A stretch of DNA of 64,000 bases from Alloprevotella sp. (GCA_963649365.1 CAVJHQ010000001.1:35312-99311), one strand, 5' to 3'; numbered from the stretch's first letter, positions 9,188 through 19,481 are shown. Translations and numbers: made by a program. The notes: generated by a model from the sequence alone, not told the origin.

Positions 9188-10159
9188 ATGCCCGCGATCC
9201 TTACTCACGATTTCTTCGGGAAGAGCGTCGAAGACGACGTCTCGCAGCTCCTCGGCTTTACCACCGAGGACGAGAAGCGCGCTTTCCTGCTGGGCAACCA
9301 GGGGCCCGACCCCCTGTTCTTCCTGTGCATAGATCCCCTGATGGGCAAGTGGGAGCCGCTCGGCAACGTGATGCACGAGTCGCGCCCCGCCCGCCTGGTC
9401 TTCGCCATGCGCGAGGCGGCCGAGCGCCTGGAGGGCATCGACCGCATGGTCGCGCGGGCCTACGTCGCCGGCTTCGTGTGCCACTACCTGCTCGACCGGT
9501 CCGTCCACCCGCTCGTGTATTTCTGGCAGGAAGGGCTCACCTCGGCGGGCGTCGAGGGCCTGGGCCCCGAGTCCGCCTCGGTCGTCCACGCGGAGATCGA
9601 GCGCGACCTCGACGAGGCGGTCCTGTGGGGCACCGAGCACAAGACCATCCGCGAGTACCGGCCCTACGCCGAGGTCCTCAAGGCGTCGGCCCGTGTGCTC
9701 TCGGCCGTCGACAAGGTCTATTTCTACGTCGCGCTGTGGGCCTACGGGCGCGCCGTCGACCCGCGGACCTTCTCGACCGCGGTCCACGAGTTTCGCCTGG
9801 TCCAGCGCGTGTTCTACTCGCCGGGCGGCAAGAAGGCCGCGGCCATGGCGCTCCTCGAGCGGCGGGTCAGCGCCCACGGCCATTCGCGCGTCGCCGCGAT
9901 GTCGCACCGCGTGCGCGCCGAGGCCGTGAGCGACTTCGACAACCGGGGGCACAGGCCGTGGAAGAACCCCTTCACCGGCCACGTCTCCAACGACTCTTTC
10001 GCCGACCTTTTCGAGGCGGCTCGCGCCTGTGTGCTGCCGGCCCTGGCCGAGGTCTTCTCCTGCGGCTTCGACGAGGCGGCGAGCGAGGAGCTCACCGGCA
10101 ACCTCAACTTCGAGGGCGCCGCCGCGCTTCCCGACGGCCCTGTGGGCTGGAAGGCCTGA
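9188..10159 (+). CDS. Zinc-dependent phospholipase C family protein
   Basis: MPAILTH start, LGNQGPD, GFVCHYLLD..HP and H..IE..LD Zn-ligand pattern. Confidence 0.8.
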   Translation: MPAILTHDFFGKSVEDDVSQLLGFTTEDEKRAFLLGNQGPDPLFFLCIDPLMGKWEPLGNVMHESRPARLVFAMREAAERLEGIDRMVARAYVAGFVCHYLLDRSVHPLVYFWQEGLTSAGVEGLGPESASVVHAEIERDLDEAVLWGTEHKTIREYRPYAEVLKASARVLSAVDKVYFYVALWAYGRAVDPRTFSTAVHEFRLVQRVFYSPGGKKAAAMALLERRVSAHGHSRVAAMSHRVRAEAVSDFDNRGHRPWKNPFTGHVSNDSFADLFEAARACVLPALAEVFSCGFDEAASEELTGNLNFEGAAALPDGPVGWKA

Positions 10160-10268
10160 CTTTTCTAATTGGCTACCGTTCGGCCCGCCGCTGGGGTTTC
10201 TCGCCGCCCCGGCGCAAGGCGGCAGGTAACCTAGCATCTTGGATTGAACGGCGGCTCGAGGGGGCGAG

Positions 10269-11069
10269 ATGGCCACATACGTTTTCTCTGATGTCCACGG
10301 ACACGCGGCGCCCCTTGCCCGCGCGCTCGAGCGGACCGAACCTTCGGAGGGCGACGCCTACTACTGCCTGGGCGACATGATCGACCGCGGCCCCGACCCG
10401 CTCGGCGTCATCTCGCTCGTGCGGGGCCTGCCGGGCTCCCACGTGCTCATGGGCAACCACGAGGACCTGATGATGGCCTGCATGAGGGATCCCGACAACA
10501 CGCTGAACGCCGCCAACTGGGGCATGAACGGGGGCATCGTCACCTCCGAGGCCCTGGCCTCGCTTTCCGAGGAGGAGGCCGACGAGGTCGTCGCCTGGGT
10601 GGCGGGGCTGCCGCCGTGCGCCCACGTCGAGGTGGCGGGGCGGCGCTATATCCTGACGCACGCGGGCATCGACCCGGCGCGCGTGGGGGAGGGGCCGTGG
10701 GACACCCCAGAGCAGATCGACGCCCTTCTTTTTGCCCAGCGCCCCGACGACCTCATGTGGATCCGCGAGGACTTCTGGTCGCGCCACACGGGCCTCATCG
10801 ACGAGAAGGGCGAGGGCCCCGTCGTCATCGCGGGCCACACGCCCACGCCGTACCTGGGCATGGTCACGGGTGAGGGGACGGACCTCGGCCGCGACGCCGA
10901 GGGACGCGCCTGCCTCGTGCGCCTGGGGGCCGACGGGTCCACGGGCGGCGTCGCCGACCGCTGGGACATCGACGCCGGCGCGGCGGGCGGCCACGGCTTC
11001 GGCCGGGTGCTCGTGCTGCGCCTGGACGACGGCCGGGAGTTCTATGAGGAGATCGGCCCGGACGAATAG
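10269..11069 (+). CDS. Calcineurin-like metallophosphoesterase (PPP/PphA-like)
   Basis: SDVHG, LGDMIDRGP, MGNHE, THAG, GHTPT. Confidence 0.9.
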   Translation: MATYVFSDVHGHAAPLARALERTEPSEGDAYYCLGDMIDRGPDPLGVISLVRGLPGSHVLMGNHEDLMMACMRDPDNTLNAANWGMNGGIVTSEALASLSEEEADEVVAWVAGLPPCAHVEVAGRRYILTHAGIDPARVGEGPWDTPEQIDALLFAQRPDDLMWIREDFWSRHTGLIDEKGEGPVVIAGHTPTPYLGMVTGEGTDLGRDAEGRACLVRLGADGSTGGVADRWDIDAGAAGGHGFGRVLVLRLDDGREFYEEIGPDE

Positions 11070-11141
11070 GCGCCGCCGCCGTGCCAAGACGGGCATCGGG
11101 CCGCGCCGCACCCTCTAACCCGGCGGGCCCTTCACGCGGTC

Positions 11142-11768
11142 CTACCGTGCGGCTATGAAGTCGTCGGGACTTGTGGCGAGCGTGGGCTCGTATATCTCGA
11201 CGAGCGAGAAGGTCCGGTCCTCCTCGTCGAACTCGTAGGTATACACACAGCAGTTGGCCAGGTGGCGGGGCGCCTCGACGCGCGCGAGCGCGGCCCAGCG
11301 GTTGCGGAAGATGCGCCCGCACGTTCCGTGGGAGACGACGAGCACGTCGCGGGCGTCTTCGGCGAGCATGAGACGCTCGATTGCGGCGCAGACGCGCCGC
11401 TCGACGTCGTCCTCCGACTCGCCGCCGAGGGGAAGGAAGCTGTCGCGGAAGGGGCTCTTCGGCTCGTCGGCCATGTGCTTCTTGCCGTCCAGGGACCCGA
11501 AGCTTATCTCCACGAGGCCCGGCTCGAGCTCGTAGGCGCCGCGGGCGTAGACGGACGGCAGGGCGCAGGCGAGCGTCTCGAGGACGCGGCCCTTCGGCGA
11601 GCAGTGCACGTGGTCCGGCTCTATCCCTGCGTCGGCCATGTGCGCGCCGGCCTCGGCGGCCTGCCTCCGGCCGAGCTCGGTCAAGGGGGAGTCGGCGCGC
11701 CCCTGCCAGCAATCGGCGACGTTCAGCTCGGTTGCGCCGTGCCGCATGAAACGCAGATACTTGGTCAT
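11142..11768 (-). CDS. Histidine phosphatase (phosphoglycerate mutase-like) family protein
   Basis: RHG motif near the N-terminus, SP..R, EISFG, VVSHG. Confidence 0.88.
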   Translation of the reverse strand: MTKYLRFMRHGATELNVADCWQGRADSPLTELGRRQAAEAGAHMADAGIEPDHVHCSPKGRVLETLACALPSVYARGAYELEPGLVEISFGSLDGKKHMADEPKSPFRDSFLPLGGESEDDVERRVCAAIERLMLAEDARDVLVVSHGTCGRIFRNRWAALARVEAPRHLANCCVYTYEFDEEDRTFSLVEIYEPTLATSPDDFIAAR

Positions 11769-11843
11769 CGCGGGTCCTTTCGTAAGCTTGTGGCGCGCCT
11801 AGTATAGACTTGCGTGCGCGTACTCTATATAAGGAGAAACACT

Positions 11844-12674
11844 GTGATCAATAAAGAGCAGGTCAAGCTTGTGGTCGTCGACGAGGACGGCACGTTTCTG
11901 GACAAGGGCGGGGAGGACTTCTCGCGCGAGCGTTTCCGCGCGGTCTTCGGCAGGATGCAGCAGGCGGGCTGCCGCTTCGCCGTCGCCACGAGCAACCAGA
12001 GCTTCCAGGTCGAGGACATCTTCGGCGAGCTCGCGCCGCGCATCTCCGTCATCGCCTCCAACGGCGCCTTCGTTCGCCCGGAGGGCAACGAGCCGCAGCT
12101 CAGCGTGGCCTCGTCGGAGGCGGTCGACCGCCTGCTCGCGGCCCACGCCGCCTATCCGCTCATCCCCCTGTGCGCCGTCTGCGCGCAGGGCGCCTTCGTC
12201 GAGCGCGGCGCCGACGCGAGCTTCGTCGACGAGATGACCATGTACTCCCACAACATGCGCCAGGTCGCGTCGCTCGCCGACGAGGCGGCGCGCACAGACG
12301 TGCTCATGTACTGGTCGCGCGTCGGCGCCCCCGAGCTCCCCGGCTCGGTCGAGGCCCTGCGCCGCGCGCTCGGGGGCGCCATGGACGTCGTCGACTCCGG
12401 CGTGGACGGTTGCCTCGGCTACCTCGACGTCGTGCAGAGCGGCGTATCCAAGGCCACGGGCGTCCGCGCGCTCATGGATACGTTCGGAATCAACGCGTCG
12501 CAGGTCATGGCCTTCGGCGACGCCGGAAACGACGTTGAGATGCTGCGCTTGGCGGGCGTCGGCGTGGCCATGGGCAACGGCTCCGACGAGGTCAAGGCCG
12601 CGGCCGACCTCGTCTGCGACCCGTGCCGCGAGCAGGGCGTCCTCAAGGTGCTCGAGGAAGTCTTCGGGAGGTAG
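11844..12674 (+). CDS. Cof-type HAD-IIB hydrolase
   Basis: DEDGTFL (DxDGT), SNGA, VSKATG, FGDAGNDVEML; GTG after AAGGAG. Confidence 0.9.
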   Translation: MINKEQVKLVVVDEDGTFLDKGGEDFSRERFRAVFGRMQQAGCRFAVATSNQSFQVEDIFGELAPRISVIASNGAFVRPEGNEPQLSVASSEAVDRLLAAHAAYPLIPLCAVCAQGAFVERGADASFVDEMTMYSHNMRQVASLADEAARTDVLMYWSRVGAPELPGSVEALRRALGGAMDVVDSGVDGCLGYLDVVQSGVSKATGVRALMDTFGINASQVMAFGDAGNDVEMLRLAGVGVAMGNGSDEVKAAADLVCDPCREQGVLKVLEEVFGR

Positions 12675-12677
12675 CGC

Positions 12678-13751
12678 ATGGACGTGACCATAAGGGCGGA
12701 CGCCTCGCTCCTCGTCCGCGGCGCCCTGCGCGTCGACGTCTCGGCCGACGGCTGGGCGCGCCCCTCGCGCTTCACGGCCGCCCAGCTCGCGGAGGTCGGC
12801 GGCATCGCCGCCTGGCACCCGCGGCTCTATCGCCAGATGGCCGCCTGCACCTCGGGGATCTGCCTCGACTTCGTGACGGACTCCGCCCACGTGGCGATCG
12901 AGGCCGAGCTCGACCCCATGCCGTCGGGGTCCGCCGCCATGGTCGCCGACCTCGTGCGCAACGACCCCTCCGCGCGCGCTCCCTTCGACGGCTTCTCGCT
13001 CGTGTGCGAGGGCAAGCGGCTGGGCGGCGCGCGCGTTCCGGGCGACGACGGCGGGCTCATCTTCGCCCTCGGCTTCGCCCCCGGCAAGAAGCGCCGCGCC
13101 CGCATCTGGCTGCCGTGCCTTACGGGCTGCCGCCTGCGCGGCGTCTACGGCGACGGCTCCTTCATCGAGCCGGCGCCCGCCCCCGAGGGGACCCTCCTCG
13201 TCCTCGGCGACTCGATCGCGCAGGGCTTCACCGCCTGCGACCCGGCCCTGGCCTGGCCCGCGTTGCTCGCCGGCGACCTCGGCCTCGGGCTCGTCAACCA
13301 GGGCATCGGCGGCCAGGTGTTCCAGCCGGGCTCCGTCGCGGACGCCCCCCGCGCCGTCTCGCCCTCGCTCGTCGTCGTCGAGTTCGGAGCCAACTACCGC
13401 TTCGAGCCCTGCCGCGCCGAGGCCGTGGAGCGCGACGCGCGCGCCTATTTCTCGGAGGTGTGCCGCGCCTGGCCGGGCGTTCCCGTGCTCGCGCTCACGC
13501 CGCTGTTCCACACCGAGGCGCTCTACCCGACCCATCCCCAGAGCTGCTTCGCCGACGTGGCCCGCATCGTCCGGGAGGCGGCCGCGCCCCATGGCCAGGT
13601 TTGGCTGGTCGAGGGGGACGGAATCCTTCCCGCCGAGGCGGCGCTCCTCGCCGACGGGTCCGACCACCCGGGGCCCGAGGGGCAGCGCGTCCTATGCGAA
13701 AAATTGAAGGAAAGCGTTACGTTTCTGGCACGTAAAGCCGCAGGTAACTGA
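12678..13751 (+). CDS. SGNH/GDSL hydrolase family protein
   Basis: GDSIAQG block I, NQGIGG block II, GAN block III, DGSDHP block V. Confidence 0.85.
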   Translation: MDVTIRADASLLVRGALRVDVSADGWARPSRFTAAQLAEVGGIAAWHPRLYRQMAACTSGICLDFVTDSAHVAIEAELDPMPSGSAAMVADLVRNDPSARAPFDGFSLVCEGKRLGGARVPGDDGGLIFALGFAPGKKRRARIWLPCLTGCRLRGVYGDGSFIEPAPAPEGTLLVLGDSIAQGFTACDPALAWPALLAGDLGLGLVNQGIGGQVFQPGSVADAPRAVSPSLVVVEFGANYRFEPCRAEAVERDARAYFSEVCRAWPGVPVLALTPLFHTEALYPTHPQSCFADVARIVREAAAPHGQVWLVEGDGILPAEAALLADGSDHPGPEGQRVLCEKLKESVTFLARKAAGN

Positions 13752-13916
13752 CGGCTTCAATCGTTTTACCTCCACAAGGCGCCCACAAAGTGAACGAATG
13801 AAGAGAAATGAGCTTCTTGCCAGGCGCGGCAAAACGGCTACAATGCCGTGCCGTTCCGGTGAGCGTTGATTTTCTACCGTTCGCCGAAAAGACGACCCCT
13901 CATTTTGGAGGTAAAC

Positions 13917-15056
13917 ATGGCGCAATCCCTCTGTGCCCTCGAGCGCGAGTTCGCCGGCATCGTCGACTCCCTTCCCGAGGACGACGCGAGCATCGCCAAG
14001 GCCGACCGCTACCTCGCGACGACCCACGCCGCCCACCGCTCCGGATCGCTCCCGTGGTCCGCGACCCCCCGCATCCTCAGCGCGGGCCAGGTCCAGGTCC
14101 TCTCGGCCGCGGCCGAGACCTGCGGCTCGATCATGGACAAGGTCGCTACGCTCTACCTCAAGGACCCCTCCTTCCGCTCCCGCTTCGGCTTCGACGCCGA
14201 GGTCGAGCGGCTCACCCTCGTCCCGACCGGCTACGACGCCATGGTCCCGCTGGCGCGCGTCGACGTCGACTTCTGCGGCCGCACCGGCGCCCTGCAGGTC
14301 CGAGGCATCTCGGTCGACGGCTTCACGGGCATGACCGCCACCGTCGAGGTCACCCGCGCCGAGCAGATGACCGACGCTTACCGCGAGTTCGCCTCCTCCC
14401 ACCCGCGCATCGAGTCCTTCGACTCCGTCGACGCCCTCGTCGAGACCCTGCGCGCCACCTACCGCACCTGGGCCAACGCCAACGCCGGCACCCACCACGC
14501 CGAGAGCCCGGCGGTGGGCATCGTGGGCTATCCCGAGGAGGCCGACCTCGACGAGGTGGCCGATATCTGCGAGCGCATGGCCGAGCAGGGCACGTTCGCG
14601 CGCTTCGTCGACATCTGCAGCCTGCGCGTCGAGGAGGCCTGCGGCCAGTGCCGCCTCGTCGACGACGACGGCCCCATCGCCTGCGTCTACCGCCTGGCCT
14701 CCACCGAGGAGATCGCGCGGCGCCCGTGCCCCGGCACGAAGGCGCTCGTCGAGGCCGCAAGCCGCGGCCTGGCCTGCGTCATCGGCGGGTTCTCGACCTG
14801 GAGCTGCGCCACCGACGCGCTCTTCGGCGCCCTGCGCGCGCCCGAGGCCATGAGCTGCCTTTCCGACGACGAGATGGCCTTCGTCGAGGCCCACGTCCCC
14901 GCGCCGGGCTCCGAGTCCTCCGTCGCCGGCGAGCGCCTGGGCCTCTACGTCTTCGGCGGCAAGCTCGCCGGGGTCTTCCCCGACGGCGCCGATAAGGAGA
15001 TAATGGGCGAGGGCCGCGGCCACGTGTACCGCGGCTGCCTCGTCGTCCGCGACTAG
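13917..15056 (+). CDS. Degenerate circularly permuted ATP-grasp / glutathionylspermidine-synthase-like protein
   Basis: PLARVD, VYRLA and C-terminal GLYVFGGKLAG resemble the family; catalytic E-x-N and KP..G motifs not visible; ATG after GGAGG. Confidence 0.55.
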   Translation: MAQSLCALEREFAGIVDSLPEDDASIAKADRYLATTHAAHRSGSLPWSATPRILSAGQVQVLSAAAETCGSIMDKVATLYLKDPSFRSRFGFDAEVERLTLVPTGYDAMVPLARVDVDFCGRTGALQVRGISVDGFTGMTATVEVTRAEQMTDAYREFASSHPRIESFDSVDALVETLRATYRTWANANAGTHHAESPAVGIVGYPEEADLDEVADICERMAEQGTFARFVDICSLRVEEACGQCRLVDDDGPIACVYRLASTEEIARRPCPGTKALVEAASRGLACVIGGFSTWSCATDALFGALRAPEAMSCLSDDEMAFVEAHVPAPGSESSVAGERLGLYVFGGKLAGVFPDGADKEIMGEGRGHVYRGCLVVRD

Positions 15057-15093
15057 CGCGGGCGAGTGCGCCGCGCGAGAGGTCTGCGAGCCC

Positions 15094-16338
15094 ATGGTTC
15101 AGGTGAACAAACTCGCCCCGGGTCTGACCGGGGAGCTCTCGGCCGAGGCCGCCCGGGCGGTGCATGAGCGCATCGCCTCCGGCGGCCTCGCGCCGTTCGC
15201 CTGCAAGAACGCCTCCGCCATCCGCCGCAGCTCCGCCGAGCGCGACCGCGACACGCAGGTGCGCCCCGCCTTCGTGCGCGACGCCGAGAAGATCGTCCAC
15301 CTGCCGGCCTACAACCGCATGTCCGGAAAGACGCAGGTCTTCTCCTTCAGGGCCAACGACGACCTGACGCGCCGGGGCCTCCACGTGCAGCTCGTCGGCC
15401 GCGTCGCGCGCGACATCGGGCGCGCGCTCGGGCTCAACCTCGACCTCATCGAGGCCATCGCCTTGGGCCACGACATCGGCCACACGCCGTTCGGCCACGC
15501 GGGGGAGCACTTCCTCAACGACGCCTACCACGCCCGCACCGGGCGCTGGTTCTTCCACAACGTGCAGTCGGTCCGCGTCATCGACGTGCTCGGCGGCCGC
15601 AACGTGAGCCTGCAGACCCTCGACGGCTGCCTCACGCACAACGGCGAGTTCGAGCAGCAGGTCTTCGAGACGAGCGGCCTCGCCGAGTTCGACACCTTCG
15701 ACCGCGTGGTCGGCTCCTGCTGGGAGACCGGCGAGAACGCCATCGGGCACCTGCGGCCGATGACGCTCGAGGGCTGCGTCGTGCGCGTCTCGGACATCAT
15801 CGCCTACGTGGGCAAGGACCGCCAGGACGCCGTGCGCGCGGGGCTTCTTTCCGAGGACGCCTTCGACGACGGCCTCGGCGGCGGCTACAACGCCTGGGCG
15901 CTCGCCGCCTTCGTCGCCGACGTGGTGGAGAACAGCGTCGGCCGCGGGCACATCGCCATGAGCGAGGAGGGCTTCGCCGAGCTCAAGCGCGCCAAGCGCG
16001 AGAACTACGAGAAGATCTACGGCGCCGGCGAGGTCTCGAGCGGCCTCGGGCGCGAGACGGCGCAGCTCTTCGACCGGCTCTACGAGCACGAGCTCGAGGC
16101 GCTGCGCGCCGGCGACGAGTCGTCGGCGATCTTCCGCCAGCACATCCGCGGCTGCGAGCGGCGCCTGGCGCACTACGGCCGCGAGTACGACTGGGAGGAC
16201 GACCTCGACCAGACCGTGGTGGACTTCATCTCATCGATGACGGACGACTACTTCATGGCCACCTGCGAGGCGGTCTTCCCCGAGTCGGCGTCGCTGTTCC
16301 CGCTGCGAGGCTACTTCGGCGACGGCGTGAGGCCGTAG
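15094..16338 (+). CDS. dgt: dGTP triphosphohydrolase-like HD-domain protein
   Basis: KTQVF, R..H, HDIGHTPFGHAGE, DIIAY..D, DFISSMTDDY. Confidence 0.9.
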   Translation: MVQVNKLAPGLTGELSAEAARAVHERIASGGLAPFACKNASAIRRSSAERDRDTQVRPAFVRDAEKIVHLPAYNRMSGKTQVFSFRANDDLTRRGLHVQLVGRVARDIGRALGLNLDLIEAIALGHDIGHTPFGHAGEHFLNDAYHARTGRWFFHNVQSVRVIDVLGGRNVSLQTLDGCLTHNGEFEQQVFETSGLAEFDTFDRVVGSCWETGENAIGHLRPMTLEGCVVRVSDIIAYVGKDRQDAVRAGLLSEDAFDDGLGGGYNAWALAAFVADVVENSVGRGHIAMSEEGFAELKRAKRENYEKIYGAGEVSSGLGRETAQLFDRLYEHELEALRAGDESSAIFRQHIRGCERRLAHYGREYDWEDDLDQTVVDFISSMTDDYFMATCEAVFPESASLFPLRGYFGDGVRP

Positions 16339-16429
16339 GCGCGGGTCGCGCCGCCGATGCCGAGAAGCGCCTCGCGGCGATCCTCTCCAGCCGGCATCTC
16401 GCGTCGTTACATGTAGTACAATCGTTCCC

Positions 16430-17800
16430 ATGGATACCTTGTTCACGCGCATAGAGACGAGCCGCCGCAACGACAACGCGCCGCTCGCCGCCCGCATGCG
16501 CCCGCGCACGCTCGACGGCTACTACGGCCAGGAGCAGGCGGTGGGCGAGGGCTCGTGGCTGCGCCGCGCCATCGAGCACGACACGCTCTCGTCGGTCATC
16601 CTCTACGGGCCCGCGGGCACGGGGAAGACGACCCTCGCCCGCATCGTCGCGAACACCACGCACGCCGAGTTCGTCGAGGTAAGCGCCATCACCGGAACGG
16701 TCAAGGACCTTCGGCGGGAGATCGAGGCCGCCGAGAGCCGCCTGCTCACGCAGGGCCGGCGCACCATCCTGTTCGTGGACGAGATCCACCGCTTCAACCG
16801 AAGCCAGCAGGACGCGCTGCTGCACGCGGTGGAGGACCGCACCGTCGTCCTCGTCGGCGCCACCACCGAGAACCCCTATTTCGAGGTCAACTCCGCCCTC
16901 ATCAGCCGCAGCAGGATCGTTGAGCTGAGGCCGCTCGACGACGACTCGATCGGCCGCATGCTCGACCGGGCGCTCGCGGCCCCCGAGGGCCTCGCCGGCG
17001 CCTTCACCCTCACTCCCGGGGCGAAGGCCGAGATCGTCAAGCTCGCCGGGGGAGACGGGCGGTCGGCCCTCACCTCGCTCGAGCTCGCGAGCCAGATGGC
17101 CGCGCCGGCCGACCCCGGCGCCCCCGCGCCCTCGGCCGCCTCCCCGGTGGACATCACCGCCGAGCACGTGCTGGAGGCCAACCCCCGCCGCGGCCTTCCC
17201 TACGACAAGTCCGGCGACATGCACTACGACGTCATCAGCGCCTTCATCAAGTCGATGCGCGGCAGCGACCCGGACGCCGCGCTCTACTGGCTCGCGCGCA
17301 TGCTCGACGCCGGCGAGGACCCCAAGTTCATCGCGCGGCGCATCATGATCGCCGCCTCGGAGGACATCGGCAACGCCGACCCGCAGGCCCTTCTCGTCGC
17401 CGAGGCCGCCTTCCGCGCGGTCGAGGTCATCGGCATGCCCGAGTGCCGCATCAACCTCGCGCAGGCTGCCCTCTACAACGCCCTCGCGCCGAAGAGCAAC
17501 GCCGCGGAGGCGGGCATCGACGCCGCGATGGCCGAGGTGAGGCAGGGCCCGCGCCGCGAGGTCCCCAACTACCTGCGCGACCGCCACCGCCCCGGCTCCG
17601 AGGAGTACGGCGCGTATCTCTACCCCCACAATTACCCGGGCGGCTGGGTGGAGCAGCGCTACCTCCCCGAGGGGCTCGAGCGGGGCGCCTTCTACGCGCC
17701 GAGCCCGCGCGGCTGGGAGGCCTGGCGCGTGGACGCACTCGGGCGCGACGTCGCCGAGGAGCGCGAGGCCCGGGAAGGCGGGGCCAAGGGCCAGGCGTAG
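16430..17800 (+). CDS. rarA: Replication-associated recombination protein A (AAA+ ATPase)
   Basis: PLAARMRP, GPAGTGKTT, DEIHRFN, GATTENP, SAFIKSMRGSD, SEDIG. Confidence 0.95.
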   Translation: MDTLFTRIETSRRNDNAPLAARMRPRTLDGYYGQEQAVGEGSWLRRAIEHDTLSSVILYGPAGTGKTTLARIVANTTHAEFVEVSAITGTVKDLRREIEAAESRLLTQGRRTILFVDEIHRFNRSQQDALLHAVEDRTVVLVGATTENPYFEVNSALISRSRIVELRPLDDDSIGRMLDRALAAPEGLAGAFTLTPGAKAEIVKLAGGDGRSALTSLELASQMAAPADPGAPAPSAASPVDITAEHVLEANPRRGLPYDKSGDMHYDVISAFIKSMRGSDPDAALYWLARMLDAGEDPKFIARRIMIAASEDIGNADPQALLVAEAAFRAVEVIGMPECRINLAQAALYNALAPKSNAAEAGIDAAMAEVRQGPRREVPNYLRDRHRPGSEEYGAYLYPHNYPGGWVEQRYLPEGLERGAFYAPSPRGWEAWRVDALGRDVAEEREAREGGAKGQA

Positions 17801-17906
17801 CCTTTTCGTTTCGGGTTTCGCCGCGGCGCCGCCGGGCTGCTAGCATGTGGGGCGATCAAACCCCTCATATAAGGAGCCTCCCACGGACCTCTCGCTCGCC
17901 ACGACC

Positions 17907-18818
17907 ATGCCCGTCATGCTCACCCAGACCGTCGCCATGTTCCTCATGATGGCCGTGGGCTTCGTCGTTTACCGCATCGGCCTCGTCGACGAGGCCGGCT
18001 CGCGCTCGCTCACCAACTTCGCCGTCTACGTCTCGATGCCCGCCGTCATCCTGCGCACGCTCGCGGGCGCCTTCGACGCCCACAAGCTGCAGGTGGCGGG
18101 CATCTCCGCCGCCATCACGCTCGTGCTTCTCGCCGTCTGCATGGCCTGCGTGCGCGTGGCCTACGGCGCGCGCGGCGACGGCATCGGCAAGGCGGGCGTC
18201 GTCGTCTCGAACATGGGCTTCATCGGCGTGCCTCTTACCCAGGCGGTCGTGGGGGAGGACTACGTCTTCTACATCTCGGTGAGCATGGCCGTCCAGACCG
18301 TCGTGATCTGGACCTACTCGGCCTACGTCATAACGCGCGACGCGTCGGTCCTCGACGCGAAGAGGATCGCGACGAACCCGGCGATCGTCGCCATCGTGCT
18401 CGGGTTCGTGCTCTTCCTTCTCTCCATAGACCTCACGGGCGTGCCCGGCGCCCTCGTCGACGGCATGGCCGACATGAACACCGGCCTTGCCATGGTCGTC
18501 CTGGGCATCTATCTGGCGCAGGCCGACCTCGGCGGCATCGTCCGGAACCTCTCCGTCTACAAGGCGTGCCTCCTGCGCCTGGTCGTGACGCCGGCGCTCT
18601 CCGTCCTCGTGCTCATGCTCGCGCCCGTGGAGCCCGCCGTGAAGACGACGCTGCTCATCGGCTTCATCTGTCCGTGCGGGACCACCGCGGCCACGCTCTG
18701 CCAGATCTTCGGCAAGGGGGACTACCGCTACGCGGCGGGCATGGTCGCGATGTCGACCCTGCTCTCGGTGGTCGCCATGCCGCTCATGCTCATGGCCGGG
18801 CTCGTTGCCTTCGGCTGA
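17907..18818 (+). CDS. AEC (auxin efflux carrier) family transporter
   Basis: About 10 TM segments, SNMGFIGVP and NP motifs; true start may be the ACG at 17883 (see findings). Confidence 0.85.
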   Translation: MPVMLTQTVAMFLMMAVGFVVYRIGLVDEAGSRSLTNFAVYVSMPAVILRTLAGAFDAHKLQVAGISAAITLVLLAVCMACVRVAYGARGDGIGKAGVVVSNMGFIGVPLTQAVVGEDYVFYISVSMAVQTVVIWTYSAYVITRDASVLDAKRIATNPAIVAIVLGFVLFLLSIDLTGVPGALVDGMADMNTGLAMVVLGIYLAQADLGGIVRNLSVYKACLLRLVVTPALSVLVLMLAPVEPAVKTTLLIGFICPCGTTAATLCQIFGKGDYRYAAGMVAMSTLLSVVAMPLMLMAGLVAFG

Positions 18819-18893
18819 CGCCGTTTGGGTAGAATAGGACGCATTGCGGGCCCGGCCCGCCCAGCCTGAAGACCCCTATATGGAGGCGCACGA

Positions 18894-19466
18894 ATGGATT
18901 ACCTGAACATCGCGCTCATCGTCCTTGCCGTCGTGGCCGTGTGGGCCGTCGTCGAGATCGCCCTCGCCGTCCGCTCCGCACGCAGGAACATCGAGGAGGT
19001 GTCCGCCTCCGCCAACGAGGTCATCGCGCAGGCCCAGCCCATTGTGGCCAAGCTCGACGGCATGGTCGACGAGCTCGAGCCCGCCGTCAAGCAGGTGGGC
19101 CCCATCGCCCTCAAGGCGAACGCCGCGATGGACTCCGCCAACGCCTCGCTCGCCAGCGTGAACGCCATCCTCTCGGACGTCTCCGCCGTCTCGGGCACCG
19201 CCGCCGGCGTGACCGAGGCCGTCAACGGGGCGGTCTCCGGCGCCGCCAACTCCGTGGCCAACGCGGTAAAGAGGGTCGCCGGCCGCGTCGCCGACGAGTC
19301 CCCGGCGCTCGCCGAGGCCGCGGGCTCCCGCGACGAAGGCTCCGTGACCATCCCCGAAGGGGCCTCCAAGCCCGCGCCCAAGGCCGAGCGCAAGCCGACC
19401 TCCTACGTCGTCTACGGCGAGAAGCCCGCGGCCGCGGACGGCGAGCCCGCCGGCAGCGCCGAGTAA
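18894..19466 (+). CDS. Membrane-anchored helical protein, DUF948/YoxC-like
   Basis: N-terminal TM helix followed by Ala/Val-rich amphipathic helices; GGAGG RBS. Confidence 0.6.
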   Translation: MDYLNIALIVLAVVAVWAVVEIALAVRSARRNIEEVSASANEVIAQAQPIVAKLDGMVDELEPAVKQVGPIALKANAAMDSANASLASVNAILSDVSAVSGTAAGVTEAVNGAVSGAANSVANAVKRVAGRVADESPALAEAAGSRDEGSVTIPEGASKPAPKAERKPTSYVVYGEKPAAADGEPAGSAE

Positions 19467-19481
19467 GGGAGGGGAGAAGAG

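Noticed and set aside
3953..10276. 2107-aa minus-strand ORF
   Set aside because: Shadow ORF caused by stop-codon scarcity in high-GC DNA; overlaps several genes with clear motifs and has no recognisable domain
18804..18832. SigB-like promoter (GGGTAG) before the sigma operon
   Set aside because: No properly spaced GTTT -35; the overlapping tagaat fits a housekeeping -10 equally well
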